53,710 bases of DNA from Microcoleaceae cyanobacterium UBA9251 (GCA_003542015.1 DPLL01000480.1:213-53922), one strand, 5' to 3'; positions 22,192 through 34,852 are shown, numbered from the stretch's first letter. Program-made: numbers and translations. Notes: generated by a model not told the origin, from the sequence alone.

Positions 22192-22902
22192 TTATAAATA
22201 TCTTTGCCAATTGTCAATGACCTTAATCATTGTTTTATCTCCTAACCCTTTAATGCGTTTCACCACATTCTCAAATGAGGTAAATGGCTCTAAATCTCGC
22301 TGTGTGATGATGTTGTCTCTCATTGTTTGAGATGTGATCCCAGCATTTTTTAAATTGATAGCCAATTTGGATGGATCTTGAGTGTTGAGTGCTTCCAACA
22401 GCGGAACTGGCTTGGGAATCCGGCTTTCAACTTCTTTAACCCTCTCTATCAGCGCCTGTTTTTCCCGCGTATACTCGGCTTTCAATTCATTAATTCTGTT
22501 TTCCAATCGAGTTTCAATATTGGTCAGCCGCTGTTCAAAGCTGGAGGACTGTTGCGGAACCACAGTTACACTTTGATTCTCAGTGATTGCGGTTTTTCTA
22601 TGAATCTCAAGTTGTTCGAGGAGAAGTTTTTCATTTTCTTCTTCCAGGATGAATGCTCCGATTGTCTCGCCTTTGAGAGGTTCTATTTCCTTTGCTCTCG
22701 CCGCCGCGTAGTATTCAAAATCTCCGTCTACTATTTCGTAAGCATCCATCCCGTTTCGGCGGACAATTATCGGATTAATCAATCCTCCTGAATCTAAAAT
22801 TAGTCGCGCTAATTTATCCAAATCGCGATCGGCAAAATTGGAACGGGGCACTGTAGATGTAATCTTTTTAACTAAAACCAACGAGAGCAATAATTTTTTC
22901 AT
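22192..22902 (-). CDS. ParB-like N-domain + coiled coil + helix-hairpin-helix
   Basis: GGLINPIIVRR...YEIVDG; tail PFTSFENVVKRIKGLGDKT. Confidence 0.75.
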   Translation of the reverse strand: MKKLLLSLVLVKKITSTVPRSNFADRDLDKLARLILDSGGLINPIIVRRNGMDAYEIVDGDFEYYAAARAKEIEPLKGETIGAFILEEENEKLLLEQLEIHRKTAITENQSVTVVPQQSSSFEQRLTNIETRLENRINELKAEYTREKQALIERVKEVESRIPKPVPLLEALNTQDPSKLAINLKNAGITSQTMRDNIITQRDLEPFTSFENVVKRIKGLGDKTMIKVIDNWQRYL

Positions 22903-24413
22903 TAGTTTTTACCTATTTTTTCCAAAACTTCGATTGCTAGCATTTCAAATTCTTGGGCTGAGTCTGAATCTGGCTTAAAGTCTAGCACTGAAATCGGATC
23001 GGCGATTTCCAGATCTCCCACCATCTGCATTTGTTCTGCACACTTTGCTAAATCATCTCTTTCGTAAATTACGCTTTCCATCATTTCAATCCCGTAGCGT
23101 TTGGGAATTATCGCCCTCCGTTTCGGCAAACTATACTGTATAAATTTAGCATTAGTTGAGATTTTGCAAGCAAGTACACCTAAAACTTCTAAAGGCTGCT
23201 TGCCAATTTGTCTCTTAAAAGCATTAACTTTTTTAATAAAATCCTTGACATGGATTAGTCCTTGATTCGCAAAAGGCTTTAAGTCAGAAGGAATAATTAA
23301 ATAATCAGCCGTAATCAGGGCAACTCTCGCATAAAAATTCAAAGATGGCGGCGTATCAATCAGTACAATATCATATTTTTCTTGTACTTCTTTTAGTTTG
23401 TGGATCAGAATCATTCTACTGAAATCCACTGAATTTAGTTCATTTTCATAGTGCATCAAATCAATGTGGGAAGGAACCACATCTATTTCGGGAGTGCAAA
23501 AATTAGACTTTCTAGCTACTTCTGTGATTGAGTAGAAATCTGCTGATTGCAAAACATGAAGAATATTGCTATCTTTCAAATCATCTTGTTCTTCGTCTTC
23601 AAATTTGACTAAACCTGTCGCAAAGGTTGTATTAGCTTGGCTGTCTAAGTCTATCACCAAGACTCTGTTACCTTTCTTGCTCAGCGCTGCGGCTAAATTG
23701 ACTACTGTTGTAGTTTTGCCGACTCCGCCTTTATTGTGATATACTGCAATGATTTTCATGGTATTTTGACTGGTTTGAAAGACTAAATCTAAGGGAATTT
23801 CTGGTTTAATTTCAGTATTAACTGGCAAAATTTCCGGGACTTTTTCCGGTTCTGAGATTTGACTTGGCTCAGGTTCTGCGGTGGCGGGATTATTTAGCTG
23901 TACTGGTACTTCGCTCGTTAACTGAGGACTAACTAAATTAATTTTAGGATCTTTCAGTTCGAGATTTTCTGGAATTTTTATGGGTTTTAAACTATCTCTG
24001 CCAATTAAAGCAATAATTTCATCTATTCTGGTTTCAACTTCTTGTCCAGAGCAATTAAATACTAGCTGAATCTCTGAGGCGACTCTTTCGTAAATTCTAA
24101 TTTCTTTAGCATTGGTGATCAATCCGTAACGAATGCTTAAACTTGTTAAGTAACGCTTCAGTCTCCTGACGTGGCGGTCTAAATTTTCCTTGGGATGTTT
24201 CGCCTCCATGACTACGCTCATCGGCGAGTCTGCATCGAGGACTATTGGGATAATTTGGGTGGCGAAGGATAGGAAGTCTAGACGAATATTCCCAAAGGCT
24301 ATTTCCTGGTGCCAAGTATCGGGGGTATAGCCCAGTTTTGGCAGCAGATAGCTGACAATTAGTTTGCTTTCAACTTCGCTTTCGTTGCGGCAGTTATTGG
24401 GATTAAAATTCAA
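22902..24413 (-). CDS. HsdR_N-type PD-(D/E)xK domain fused to ParA ATPase
   Basis: ESEVE...RLD...MEAK...YGLITN; KGGVGKTT, DLDSQAN, DTPP. Confidence 0.85.
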   Translation of the reverse strand: MNFNPNNCRNESEVESKLIVSYLLPKLGYTPDTWHQEIAFGNIRLDFLSFATQIIPIVLDADSPMSVVMEAKHPKENLDRHVRRLKRYLTSLSIRYGLITNAKEIRIYERVASEIQLVFNCSGQEVETRIDEIIALIGRDSLKPIKIPENLELKDPKINLVSPQLTSEVPVQLNNPATAEPEPSQISEPEKVPEILPVNTEIKPEIPLDLVFQTSQNTMKIIAVYHNKGGVGKTTTVVNLAAALSKKGNRVLVIDLDSQANTTFATGLVKFEDEEQDDLKDSNILHVLQSADFYSITEVARKSNFCTPEIDVVPSHIDLMHYENELNSVDFSRMILIHKLKEVQEKYDIVLIDTPPSLNFYARVALITADYLIIPSDLKPFANQGLIHVKDFIKKVNAFKRQIGKQPLEVLGVLACKISTNAKFIQYSLPKRRAIIPKRYGIEMMESVIYERDDLAKCAEQMQMVGDLEIADPISVLDFKPDSDSAQEFEMLAIEVLEKIGKN

Positions 24414-24647
24414 TGGATTTTTGATTTGAGATTTGAGATTTTAGATTGGGGAATTGCTGATTGGTTGGGTGTTATTAGTTATTTGTTATTGGTTATTAGT
24501 TATAACTCACATCTTGCATCATTCTCAAGAACAGGCAAGATGCCTGTTCCACAAAGAGTGGGTTTTTGACCGGGGTGCAGGATGTGAATTATCACCAATA
24601 ACTAATAACCAACAAATAACAACTAACAAGTAACCAATAACTACTGA

Positions 24648-25700
24648 CTACTTGTTTTGAGCTTCAAAAGCTTCCAATGTCATATAACCGCCGGCGGGAT
24701 CGTACAGGTGACAGTTATCGGCAATTCGCTCCATTAAAGCCCAAGAAAACTCTGTTTCATAGAGATGTTCTTGCCAATTTTCTTTCAAGCTGCTGTGGGC
24801 TAGGCGCAAGTTGTACCAGGGAATAGCTGTGGAAAGGTGGTGGGGAACGTGGACGTTAATGTCGTGGCACAGGAACTCTACCCAGCGGGGATAATCGCAG
24901 TGAACTGTTCCCGATAGTTGGGCTTCAGCTTCGTTCCATTCTGAAGGTTCTTTAAATGAAATGTCGGGTGCGGTGTGGTGAACAATGGTGAATGTGCTCA
25001 TCCAGAAATGGTAAACCATCCAGGGCATTAACCAAAAATTGACAAATCCCCAGATACCGGTGGTGGCAATTAAAATCGGAAATCCGATCGCAGCACCGAT
25101 TAAAACTACTAACACAGAAAAGCGGACTTGTTCTTGTTGTTGTTTGCCTTTGAAGCGCCACCACATAAAGTGCACTTTTGCCCAATGTGCGATCGATCCA
25201 ACCCACCACAGCCGACCGAATATTAAACTATAAGCTACTTGTAAAACCTTCGGAGCAGCAGCGTATTCTTCTACTGTCATCGGCTGCCAAGCATTATCTA
25301 CACCAATTTTATTGGTGTGCTTGTGGTGATAATTGTGTCCGTGTCGCCATGAGTGAAACGGGTAAATTAATGGCAAAAATGCTAGATGTCCGACTAAATC
25401 GTTTACCCAGCGGCGGTTAGCAAATGACCGGTGCCCGCAGTCATGTCCGATCACAAAAAAACCGGTTAATCCGGTACCTGTGAAAATCCACATTACTGGT
25501 AGTAGAAACCAAGGCGATACTGCTAGGCCCCAGTAACCGACAGCAACTAGCAAAACGTTGATGATGACTTTTGTCCAAGCTTTGCGGGGGTTTTTGACGA
25601 ATACTTCCCGTGGCAGGGTTTTGAGAATATCTTTCAGGCGCAGGTTGGAAATGTCACTTGCGGATGTCAAATTTAGTGGTTTTTCGATCGATGCTGTCAT
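24648..25700 (-). CDS. desA: Delta-12 acyl-lipid desaturase
   Basis: His boxes HDCGH, HNYHH, HVPHH. Confidence 0.9.
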   Translation of the reverse strand: MTASIEKPLNLTSASDISNLRLKDILKTLPREVFVKNPRKAWTKVIINVLLVAVGYWGLAVSPWFLLPVMWIFTGTGLTGFFVIGHDCGHRSFANRRWVNDLVGHLAFLPLIYPFHSWRHGHNYHHKHTNKIGVDNAWQPMTVEEYAAAPKVLQVAYSLIFGRLWWVGSIAHWAKVHFMWWRFKGKQQQEQVRFSVLVVLIGAAIGFPILIATTGIWGFVNFWLMPWMVYHFWMSTFTIVHHTAPDISFKEPSEWNEAEAQLSGTVHCDYPRWVEFLCHDINVHVPHHLSTAIPWYNLRLAHSSLKENWQEHLYETEFSWALMERIADNCHLYDPAGGYMTLEAFEAQNK

Positions 25701-25982
25701 AAATTCTCTTGGAATGTTTGGAAACCCCCAACTTCTAATTGGGGATTGATCTAGATTCTCCGTTTACCAGTAGAAGGCCGGTAACAAAATTAACTCAGTA
25801 CCATGTAGCCGGCTGCAAGTCAGCAGCAGGCTAGTTTAGAGGTAGGCGATCGCGTTTTAACAAATGCTGGCTATCGCTAGCCGCTGATTAAATGGCTAGC
25901 GCTTTTGGTTAAAAAAACTGCGGTCAACAAAACTTTACTTTTTATACCACAGGGGCGGCACAATTAGCACGAGTTGCTACTA

Positions 25983-26270
25983 CTAATTGTTGTTGCTACC
26001 AGCAGAATTTTGACCGATCGCAACTTGAGAGCAAGCAACATAGCGTCGCTGTTTGAGGGTTTGCACTTGCAGCAGCAAGGATTCGATTTCTGCTTGCAGG
26101 TGCAAAAATTTAACTTGGTGGTCGGCTTGGTACGGAGACTTAACAGACTCTACTTTGCGGGTAAAACCGGTCGGTAGGGTAGAAGAACTAGCCATTTCGG
26201 GATTGCTAGCCGTGATTTGAGGCCGAGAAAGAGTGGAGGAATTATTTGACATTAGTAATTGGGTAGACAT
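25983..26270 (-). CDS. Small hypothetical protein
   Basis: ATG-started ORF with a helical segment (KFLHLQAEIESLL). Confidence 0.6.
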   Translation of the reverse strand: MSTQLLMSNNSSTLSRPQITASNPEMASSSTLPTGFTRKVESVKSPYQADHQVKFLHLQAEIESLLLQVQTLKQRRYVACSQVAIGQNSAGSNNN

Positions 26271-26369
26271 ATCTACACATTCACACCATTAAGTAACTTT
26301 AACCTGAACCGATCATATTAAACATCAAATTAACCGATCGAGCTAAAATTGGTGTAAATTCCTCGGCCA

Positions 26370-27515
26370 TTGCCTAAAACCATTGACATCGTGACCCTGA
26401 TTCTACCTGTAACTGACTCTACTCATAACCCTGCTGCCCGCGCAGTCTTGCCGAAACACTACGGCTGGCCGGGCTTGATCGAAGCTTATCGCCCCTACCT
26501 GCCGGTGAGTGAAGCCACGCCGGTAGTGACACTCCAAGAAGGCAATACTCCCCTGATTCCAGCACCTGCGATCGCCGCTCTCATCGGTAGAGACGTGCGA
26601 GTCCTGGTCAAATACGACGGCCTCAACCCCACTGGTAGTTTCAAAGACCGGGGGATGACAATGGCGATTTCCAAGGCCAAGGAAGCTGGCGCAGAGGCGG
26701 TAATTTGCGCCAGTACGGGCAACACTTCGGCCTCTGCGGCCGCCTACGCCCGACGCGGGGGGATGCGAGCTTTCGTGTTGATTCCCGAAGGTTACGTGGC
26801 TTTGGGCAAATTGGCCCAAGCTTTGCTGTACGGTGCGGAAGTGATTTCGATTCAAGGAAATTTCGATCGGGCTTTAGAAATTGTCCGGGAAATGGCCGTC
26901 AACTACCCCGTGACTTTGGTAAATTCGGTGAATCCTTACCGATTGGAAGGCCAGAAAACGGGAGCTTTTGAAGTGGTGGACGCTTTGGGCGATGCCCCCG
27001 ACTGGCTGTGCATTCCCGTGGGAAATGCGGGAAACATCACAGCATACTGGATGGGTTTTTGTCAATACCATCAAGCTAAAAAATGTTCGCGCTTACCAAA
27101 GATGATGGGATTTCAGGCGGCGGGGGCTGCGCCTTTGGTGACGGGAAAGCCGGTGTCGCACCCGGAAACTCTGGCGACGGCGATTCGGATTGGGAATCCA
27201 GCTAGTTGGACACAGGCTGTTGCTGCTTCCGAAGCCAGTCGCGGCAGTTTTAGTGCTGTTACGGATGAGGAAATTCTGGACGCTTACCGTTTGTTAGCAT
27301 CCCAGGAAGGGATTTTCTGCGAACCTGCGAGTGCGGCTTCTGTGGCGGGTTTGCTGAAGGTAAAAGACCAAGTTCCGACTGGGGCGACGGTGGTTTGCGT
27401 GTTGACTGGTAACGGTTTAAAAGACCCGGATACAGCGATTAATCACAGCAAGAACAACTTTAAACAAGGGATTGCTCCGAGTTTGGATGCGGTAGCTGGG
27501 GCGATGGGATTTTAG
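26370..27515 (+). CDS. thrC: Threonine synthase (start uncertain)
   Basis: [35 protein letters not shown]. Confidence 0.96.
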   Translation: MPKTIDIVTLILPVTDSTHNPAARAVLPKHYGWPGLIEAYRPYLPVSEATPVVTLQEGNTPLIPAPAIAALIGRDVRVLVKYDGLNPTGSFKDRGMTMAISKAKEAGAEAVICASTGNTSASAAAYARRGGMRAFVLIPEGYVALGKLAQALLYGAEVISIQGNFDRALEIVREMAVNYPVTLVNSVNPYRLEGQKTGAFEVVDALGDAPDWLCIPVGNAGNITAYWMGFCQYHQAKKCSRLPKMMGFQAAGAAPLVTGKPVSHPETLATAIRIGNPASWTQAVAASEASRGSFSAVTDEEILDAYRLLASQEGIFCEPASAASVAGLLKVKDQVPTGATVVCVLTGNGLKDPDTAINHSKNNFKQGIAPSLDAVAGAMGF

Positions 27516-27575
27516 CAGAAGTTAGTTGTCAGTTGGCAGTTGTCAGTTGTGTTCTTTGTGTCCTCTAGGGTTCGT

Positions 27576-27612
27576 TTTTATTGAGAGCAAAATTTTTTTA
27601 CTCTCAATAAAA
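27576..27612. terminator. Hairpin, possibly a bidirectional terminator
   Basis: TTTTATTGAGAG-13nt-CTCTCAATAAAA between converging thrC and znuA. Confidence 0.5.
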
Positions 27613-27718
27613 GCTGTCTCAAATTGGGGTACAAGGCTGGAGTGTAGGCTGAAAGACTCATAGGATTTAGGTTGAGCGCCACCGCTACTTTGGATGATGA
27701 TTTACAGTTTAAATTAAT

Positions 27719-27733
27719 TGATAATTAATATCA
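27719..27733. promoter_or_regulatory. Zur-box-like site with no adjacent gene start
   Basis: TGATAATTAATATCA, one mismatch to TGATAATnATTATCA. Confidence 0.6.
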
Positions 27734-27810
27734 ATTAGACTGTGCAATTTGCCGATCGTCCTGTCTCCCAGGCCAGAGCGGATGATGAATCTTTGCGCTA
27801 CTATGGACGG

Positions 27811-28020
27811 CTAAGGTTGAAACCCTTGGGGAGTGCTGTAAGAGACGTTTCGGAACTTTACTGTATCGGGATTATTAAGAATATTTAGCTATAATTTATA
27901 CTCAAATGCTAAGCCCGATCGCCCGCAAAACCAAGTGTTAGCATCAGTGCGGATAATGCGATCGAGTATCACAGGCGGCGGAGTATCCGGGGTAAGCTCG
28001 TCAGACAACCCTACTCCCGT
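27811..28020 (-). pseudogene. Remnant copy of the metallophosphoesterase-like gene at 36102-36830
   Basis: 27898-28006 aligns to 36315-36423; in-frame TAG; internal deletion; homologous C-terminus. Confidence 0.88.
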
Positions 28021-28026
28021 CATCGA

Positions 28027-28995
28027 TCAAGGCTTAAAAGGAGTATATTTGCCACCCAAACCTTCGACAATTGTCCGGGTATTAGCAATCATCATTTTCT
28101 CATAAGTATCACCCTCACTTCCCGGTTCTCCCAAACCATCGGCAAATAATTCTCTTGGCGAAACTTTCACCTTGGCTTCCTTTGCCACGGCCTCAATTAA
28201 TTTAGGATTAATTGTAGTTTCAGCAAAAATGGTCGGCACTCCAGAAGCCTTAATTTCTCTAACTAATTGAGCCACCCGCGTTGGTGTTGGCGCTTCATCG
28301 GTACTAATACCTTCTAAGGCTCCTACTACTGGAATTCCGTAAGCTTTTGAGTAGTAACCTAAAGCATCGTGAGTTGTAACAAGCTTGCGATTATTGGCAG
28401 GAATTGTGGTAATCTCTGATTTAATCCATGTATCTAGTTTTGTCAAACTTGAGGTAATTTGTTGAGTCTTTGCATTATAAACAGGTGCTTGATTTGGCAA
28501 AATTTTACCGAGTTGACTGTTAATAACTTTTGCCATTGCCATGCCATTTTTAGCATCGTGCCAAACGTGCGGATCTGGAACTTTTTTGCCGTCTTCTTCA
28601 AGCTCTAGTGCTTTGGGTACTGCTGCTTCACCGACAGCAATTTTCGCTGATTTATTGGAACTGGCTTTAATTAATCGAATTAAACTTGGTTCAAAATCAT
28701 AGCCGCTGTATAAAATCAATTTTGCTTGCTCAATTGCTTTGCGATCGTCTGGTTTTGGGGTGTAAACGTGGGGGTCTGAACCTGCATCTACCAAGCATTT
28801 GAGGTCAATCGTATTGCCAGCTATTTCCTTCGCTAAACCGCAAATAACTGTAGAGGTTGCTACGACTTGCGGACGACTTTGGGCGACAATCTGATTTGTA
28901 TTTGTCTGTGAAAAAGTTGACCCCGCGCTACTCGATCCAGCAGCCATCATCAAGCTAAACACAGCAAGGCTTTTGAGGTTTAATTTTTGTAACAT
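28027..28995 (-). CDS. znuA: Zn/Mn ABC transporter substrate-binding protein
   Basis: DPHVY, DPHVW, THDAL, ADGLG; Zn assignment rests on the Zur boxes. Confidence 0.85.
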   Translation of the reverse strand: MLQKLNLKSLAVFSLMMAAGSSSAGSTFSQTNTNQIVAQSRPQVVATSTVICGLAKEIAGNTIDLKCLVDAGSDPHVYTPKPDDRKAIEQAKLILYSGYDFEPSLIRLIKASSNKSAKIAVGEAAVPKALELEEDGKKVPDPHVWHDAKNGMAMAKVINSQLGKILPNQAPVYNAKTQQITSSLTKLDTWIKSEITTIPANNRKLVTTHDALGYYSKAYGIPVVGALEGISTDEAPTPTRVAQLVREIKASGVPTIFAETTINPKLIEAVAKEAKVKVSPRELFADGLGEPGSEGDTYEKMMIANTRTIVEGLGGKYTPFKP

Positions 28996-29017
28996 TTTCT
29001 GTTTCTCCTTTGTGTTA

Positions 29018-29038
29018 TGATAATGATAATCGTTATTG
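29018..29038. promoter_or_regulatory. Overlapping Zur-box-like sites in the divergent promoter
   Basis: TGATAATGATAATCGTTATTG. Confidence 0.75.
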
Positions 29039-29051
29039 TTCAAGATTTACT

Positions 29052-29777
29052 ATGTTAGAGGTTCGACATCTCGCTGTCAACTACCGAGGCGTTACCGCTG
29101 TTGAGGATGTCAGCTTCAGCTTGGAACCTGGGCAAATCGTGGGGGTAATAGGGCCTAACGGCGCGGGGAAAAGTACGATGGTGAAGGCGATTCTGGGGTT
29201 AATTCCGACGGAAAATGGGGTTGTCAGGTATCGCGATCGCGCACTTTCTAAGCAGCTAGGACAGGTGGCTTATGTGCCCCAGCGATCGCAGATAGACTGG
29301 GATTATCCGATTTCTGTTCAAAATGTAGTAATGATGGCCCGGACTCGCCATAGGAGTTGGTGGCGATCGCCTTCACGTCAATCCAGAGAAATTGTCAAAG
29401 CCGCCTTAGAAAGAGTCGGAATTTGGGAATTAAGAAACCGCCAAATTGGGGAGTTGTCAGGGGGACAACAACAGCGAGTATTTTTAGCTCAATCATTAGC
29501 GCAAGAAGCTGAGTTATTTTTCTTTGATGAGCCTTTTTCGGGAGTTGACAAAAAGACAGAAGCTATACTATTTGAAGTTTTTGACGAACTGAAAGCTGAA
29601 GGTAAAATCTTGCTAGTAATTGGTCATGAATTGGGAGAAGCTTCGAGGAAGTACGACCGATTTTTATTAATCAATAAACAACTAATTGCTGATGGAGAAA
29701 GGTCAGAAGTGATTACCGCTGATAATATTCAGCGGGCTTATGGCGATCGTGTAATATTAGTGCAACGGGAGATTTAA
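29052..29777 (+). CDS. znuC: Metal ABC transporter ATPase
   Basis: GPNGAGKST, YVPQR, LSGGQQQR, DEPF. Confidence 0.88.
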   Translation: MLEVRHLAVNYRGVTAVEDVSFSLEPGQIVGVIGPNGAGKSTMVKAILGLIPTENGVVRYRDRALSKQLGQVAYVPQRSQIDWDYPISVQNVVMMARTRHRSWWRSPSRQSREIVKAALERVGIWELRNRQIGELSGGQQQRVFLAQSLAQEAELFFFDEPFSGVDKKTEAILFEVFDELKAEGKILLVIGHELGEASRKYDRFLLINKQLIADGERSEVITADNIQRAYGDRVILVQREI

Positions 29778-29780
29778 ATA

Positions 29781-30662
29781 ATGTTAAATTTACTAATAGA
29801 ACCCCTAGAATTTGAGTTCATGCGGAATGCGATCGCGATCGCTGTCATGCTAGGTATTCTCTGTTCCATAGTTGGCTCTTATTTGATTGTCCAACGCATG
29901 GGATTGTTAGGAGACGTCATTGCTCATGCAGTATTACCGGGATTAGCGATCGCCTTTTATTTAGGCATTGATATTTTTATAGGAGCATTTATTTCCGGGA
30001 CATTCAGCACCTTAATCATTGCTTGGATTCAATCACAGTCCCGCGTCAAAGTCGATGTCGCAATGGCGCTAGTTTTCTCAGGCTTTTTAGCATTAGGAAT
30101 CATGCTAATTACGCTACTAAAAAGCAAACTTGATTTACATAGTTTCTTGTTTGGAGATATCTTAGGAGTGACAGTTGATGATGTGTGGCGAACTTTAGGA
30201 ATTTCCATATTTGTTATAATGTTTGTCAAAATCTTTTATAAAGAACTGCTATTTTACACATTTAACCCTCTCGGCGCACAAGCAATAGGATTGCCAGTGA
30301 ATTTAATTCACGTCGGGTTAATTTCAGCAATTACCCTCACCATTATTGCCAGTATGCAAGCAGTAGGCGTTGTGTTAGTAGTTTCTCTACTGATTGGACC
30401 GAGTATCTCTGGCTATTTATTAGTTAAAGAATTGCACCAGATGATGGGATTTGGAGCAATTATCGGTGTAATTAGTAGTGTGTCTGGGATGTATATTAGT
30501 TATTACTTAAATGTGCCTTCTGGTGCAGCAATTGTGTTAGTTGTCACTGGGTTATTTTTAGTAGCATTACTCTTTAGTCCGTCTCAGGGAATTTTGACTC
30601 GGCCGGAAATGGTCTGTCGAAGGAGTAAGATTTTGCAACAGTTGAAACAACTGGGGCGCTAA
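29781..30662 (+). CDS. znuB: Metal ABC transporter permease
   Basis: GDVIAHAVLPG, FLFGDIL, PSGAAIV. Confidence 0.88.
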   Translation: MLNLLIEPLEFEFMRNAIAIAVMLGILCSIVGSYLIVQRMGLLGDVIAHAVLPGLAIAFYLGIDIFIGAFISGTFSTLIIAWIQSQSRVKVDVAMALVFSGFLALGIMLITLLKSKLDLHSFLFGDILGVTVDDVWRTLGISIFVIMFVKIFYKELLFYTFNPLGAQAIGLPVNLIHVGLISAITLTIIASMQAVGVVLVVSLLIGPSISGYLLVKELHQMMGFGAIIGVISSVSGMYISYYLNVPSGAAIVLVVTGLFLVALLFSPSQGILTRPEMVCRRSKILQQLKQLGR

Positions 30663-30720
30663 GATTATAGTCTTGGATGCACGGGGAGGGCTGTTTAATT
30701 CTCAAGTAAATCATCGTTTT

Positions 30721-30803
30721 GTAGGGGCGGTGCCCCCGTGCCCGCCCTCCGCGATTTTGTAGGTGTTTCAGAGATTGGGGCAGCCACGGGGGGCGGCCCC
30801 TAC
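30721..30803. repeat. GTAG-type REP doublet (REPIN-like); another at 39837-39902
   Basis: GTAGGGGC...GCCCCTAC with internal hairpins. Confidence 0.75.
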
Positions 30804-30952
30804 AAAAGAATGAAACAGTCTTGGATGCACGGGGGCTTAGAAACCGGGTTTTTTACGAAAATACTGGTTGTAACTCGCAGATTCGGTAAAAAACCCGGTT
30901 TCTCTGTCGGAGTGCGGCGAAAACTGAACTATCCGCCCTTAAAAAAATTCCC

Positions 30953-33290
<2,338 letters not shown>

Positions 33291-33312
33291 AGAAAATTCT
33301 GGTCTTTGAGTG

Positions 33313-33327
33313 CGATAATGATTATCA
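33313..33327. promoter_or_regulatory. Zur-box-like site
   Basis: CGATAATGATTATCA, 22 bp from the ATG at 33290. Confidence 0.8.
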
Positions 33328-33345
33328 TTATAATCTAATGCGATC

Positions 33346-33437
33346 GCGATCGCACATATCCCCAACTTCCAACATTCCGCTATTTCTGTTAGCAATAAAT
33401 CCAATGATAATCATGATTATTGTATTATTTCGCTCAA
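33346..33437 (-). pseudogene. hemB remnant fused to a copy of the hemB upstream region, with a Zur-like box at 33405-33419
   Basis: 33346-33403 aligns to 31704-31761; 33403-33437 resembles 32008-32043. Confidence 0.82.
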
Positions 33438-33787
33438 TTTGCGCGCAGTGGTAGCACCACGGAATTGAAAAAACAACTCCTCACGCCTGTGTGACAAGCT
33501 ATTTCACCAATCTGTTCTATTTTGATCAGAATAGTATCGGCATCGCAATCGTAAAATATTTCTTTGACTTTTTGGATGTGCCCGGATGTCGCGCCTTTGT
33601 GCCAAAGTTCAGAGCGCGATCGACTCCAATAGTGGGCTTCTCCTGTAGCTAGAGTCTGCTCGATCGACTCTTTGTTCATCCACGCCATCATTAAAATAGT
33701 ACCATCTCGATCGTCTTGGGCGATCGCCGGAATCAAACCTTTATGATTAAACTTTAAAGCTTCAATCCACAAATATTTTTGATCCAT
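33434..33787 (-). CDS. hisI: Phosphoribosyl-AMP cyclohydrolase (stand-alone)
   Basis: WSRSR, KGATSG, DCDAD, ACHTG, SCF. Confidence 0.95.
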   Translation of the reverse strand: MDQKYLWIEALKFNHKGLIPAIAQDDRDGTILMMAWMNKESIEQTLATGEAHYWSRSRSELWHKGATSGHIQKVKEIFYDCDADTILIKIEQIGEIACHTGVRSCFFNSVVLPLRAN

Positions 33788-33931
33788 ATTCAGTTTAGAT
33801 AAGATTTTTTACCGCAGAGAGCGCAGAGGGCGCAGAGGGAGGAAAGGAAAAGAGAGAAATATGGTAATCCAATATGACTCTCTTTTCTTTGTTCAGCCTG
33901 CAAACACGGAAGTTTCCGCAGATAATTATAG

Positions 33932-34582
33932 CTAGTGGAAGCTTGACTTGTGCGCGATTAAACTCATGAATTCTTGACGAGTTCTAGCATCTTCAGCAAA
34001 CACTCCCCGCATTGCTGAAGTTGCTGTCCAAGATCCAGGTTTTTGGACACCACGCATTACCATACACATATGAGTTGCTTCAATTACAACTGCGACACCT
34101 TGAGGTTTTAGCAATCCTTGAAGTGCATCAGCAATTTGTGCAGTTAAGCGTTCTTGTACTTGCAATCTGCGGCCGTACATTTCACAAATTCGAGCAATTT
34201 TTGACAAGCCAATTACTTTACCGTTGGGAATGTACGCAACGTGTGCTTTGCCAATAATTGGCAGAATATGATGTTCGCAGGAACTGAAAATATCAATGTC
34301 CCGCACTAATACCATTTCGTTAGCATTTTCTGTGAACACCGCTCCGTTGAGCAGTTCGTCGAGAGATTGACGATAACCTCCAGTTAGAAACTGCAAGGCT
34401 TTGACAACTCGTTTCGGTGTATCTCGTAACCCTTCACGGTCTGGGTCTTCTCCCAATCCTAGCAGCAATGTACGCACTGCTTGTCTCATTTCTTCATCTG
34501 AGACAGGGGGTTGAGATTGAGTAGGAATTGATGACACTACACCATTTGGAGAAGTCAGTTCTGGGCGAGTAGATAAAGTCAT
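33932..34582 (-). CDS. folE: GTP cyclohydrolase I (type IA)
   Basis: [28 protein letters not shown]. Confidence 0.96.
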   Translation of the reverse strand: MTLSTRPELTSPNGVVSSIPTQSQPPVSDEEMRQAVRTLLLGLGEDPDREGLRDTPKRVVKALQFLTGGYRQSLDELLNGAVFTENANEMVLVRDIDIFSSCEHHILPIIGKAHVAYIPNGKVIGLSKIARICEMYGRRLQVQERLTAQIADALQGLLKPQGVAVVIEATHMCMVMRGVQKPGSWTATSAMRGVFAEDARTRQEFMSLIAHKSSFH

Positions 34583-34852
34583 GCTTGCAGTTTGTGAAAA
34601 TGTTTGACAGTCGGTATGGACTTTTAGTTACTACCTGAGTATAACAACATTTACAAAATGCAACATTAAAATATTTAGATTTTTTGGGATTAGTTTTATA
34701 GCTGACAATATAAAACTAGCCATTGATAGTTACACGATTTTTGCTGTCAAAAAACGCGACTACTAACGGCGGAATTAAAGGTAAAATATTTCGGGTATAA
34801 CCCCGACTTCTTGAAGCAGTCGGGGATCTGTGATGCTTAGATTGACAAAATC

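Noticed and set aside
25700..25980. Possible structured RNA upstream of desA
   Set aside because: Only short hairpins; no RNA family I can recognise without a covariance search
29010..29051. Overlapping N-terminal extensions of znuA and znuC in the ORF track
   Set aside because: They translate the operator region; downstream ATGs fit better
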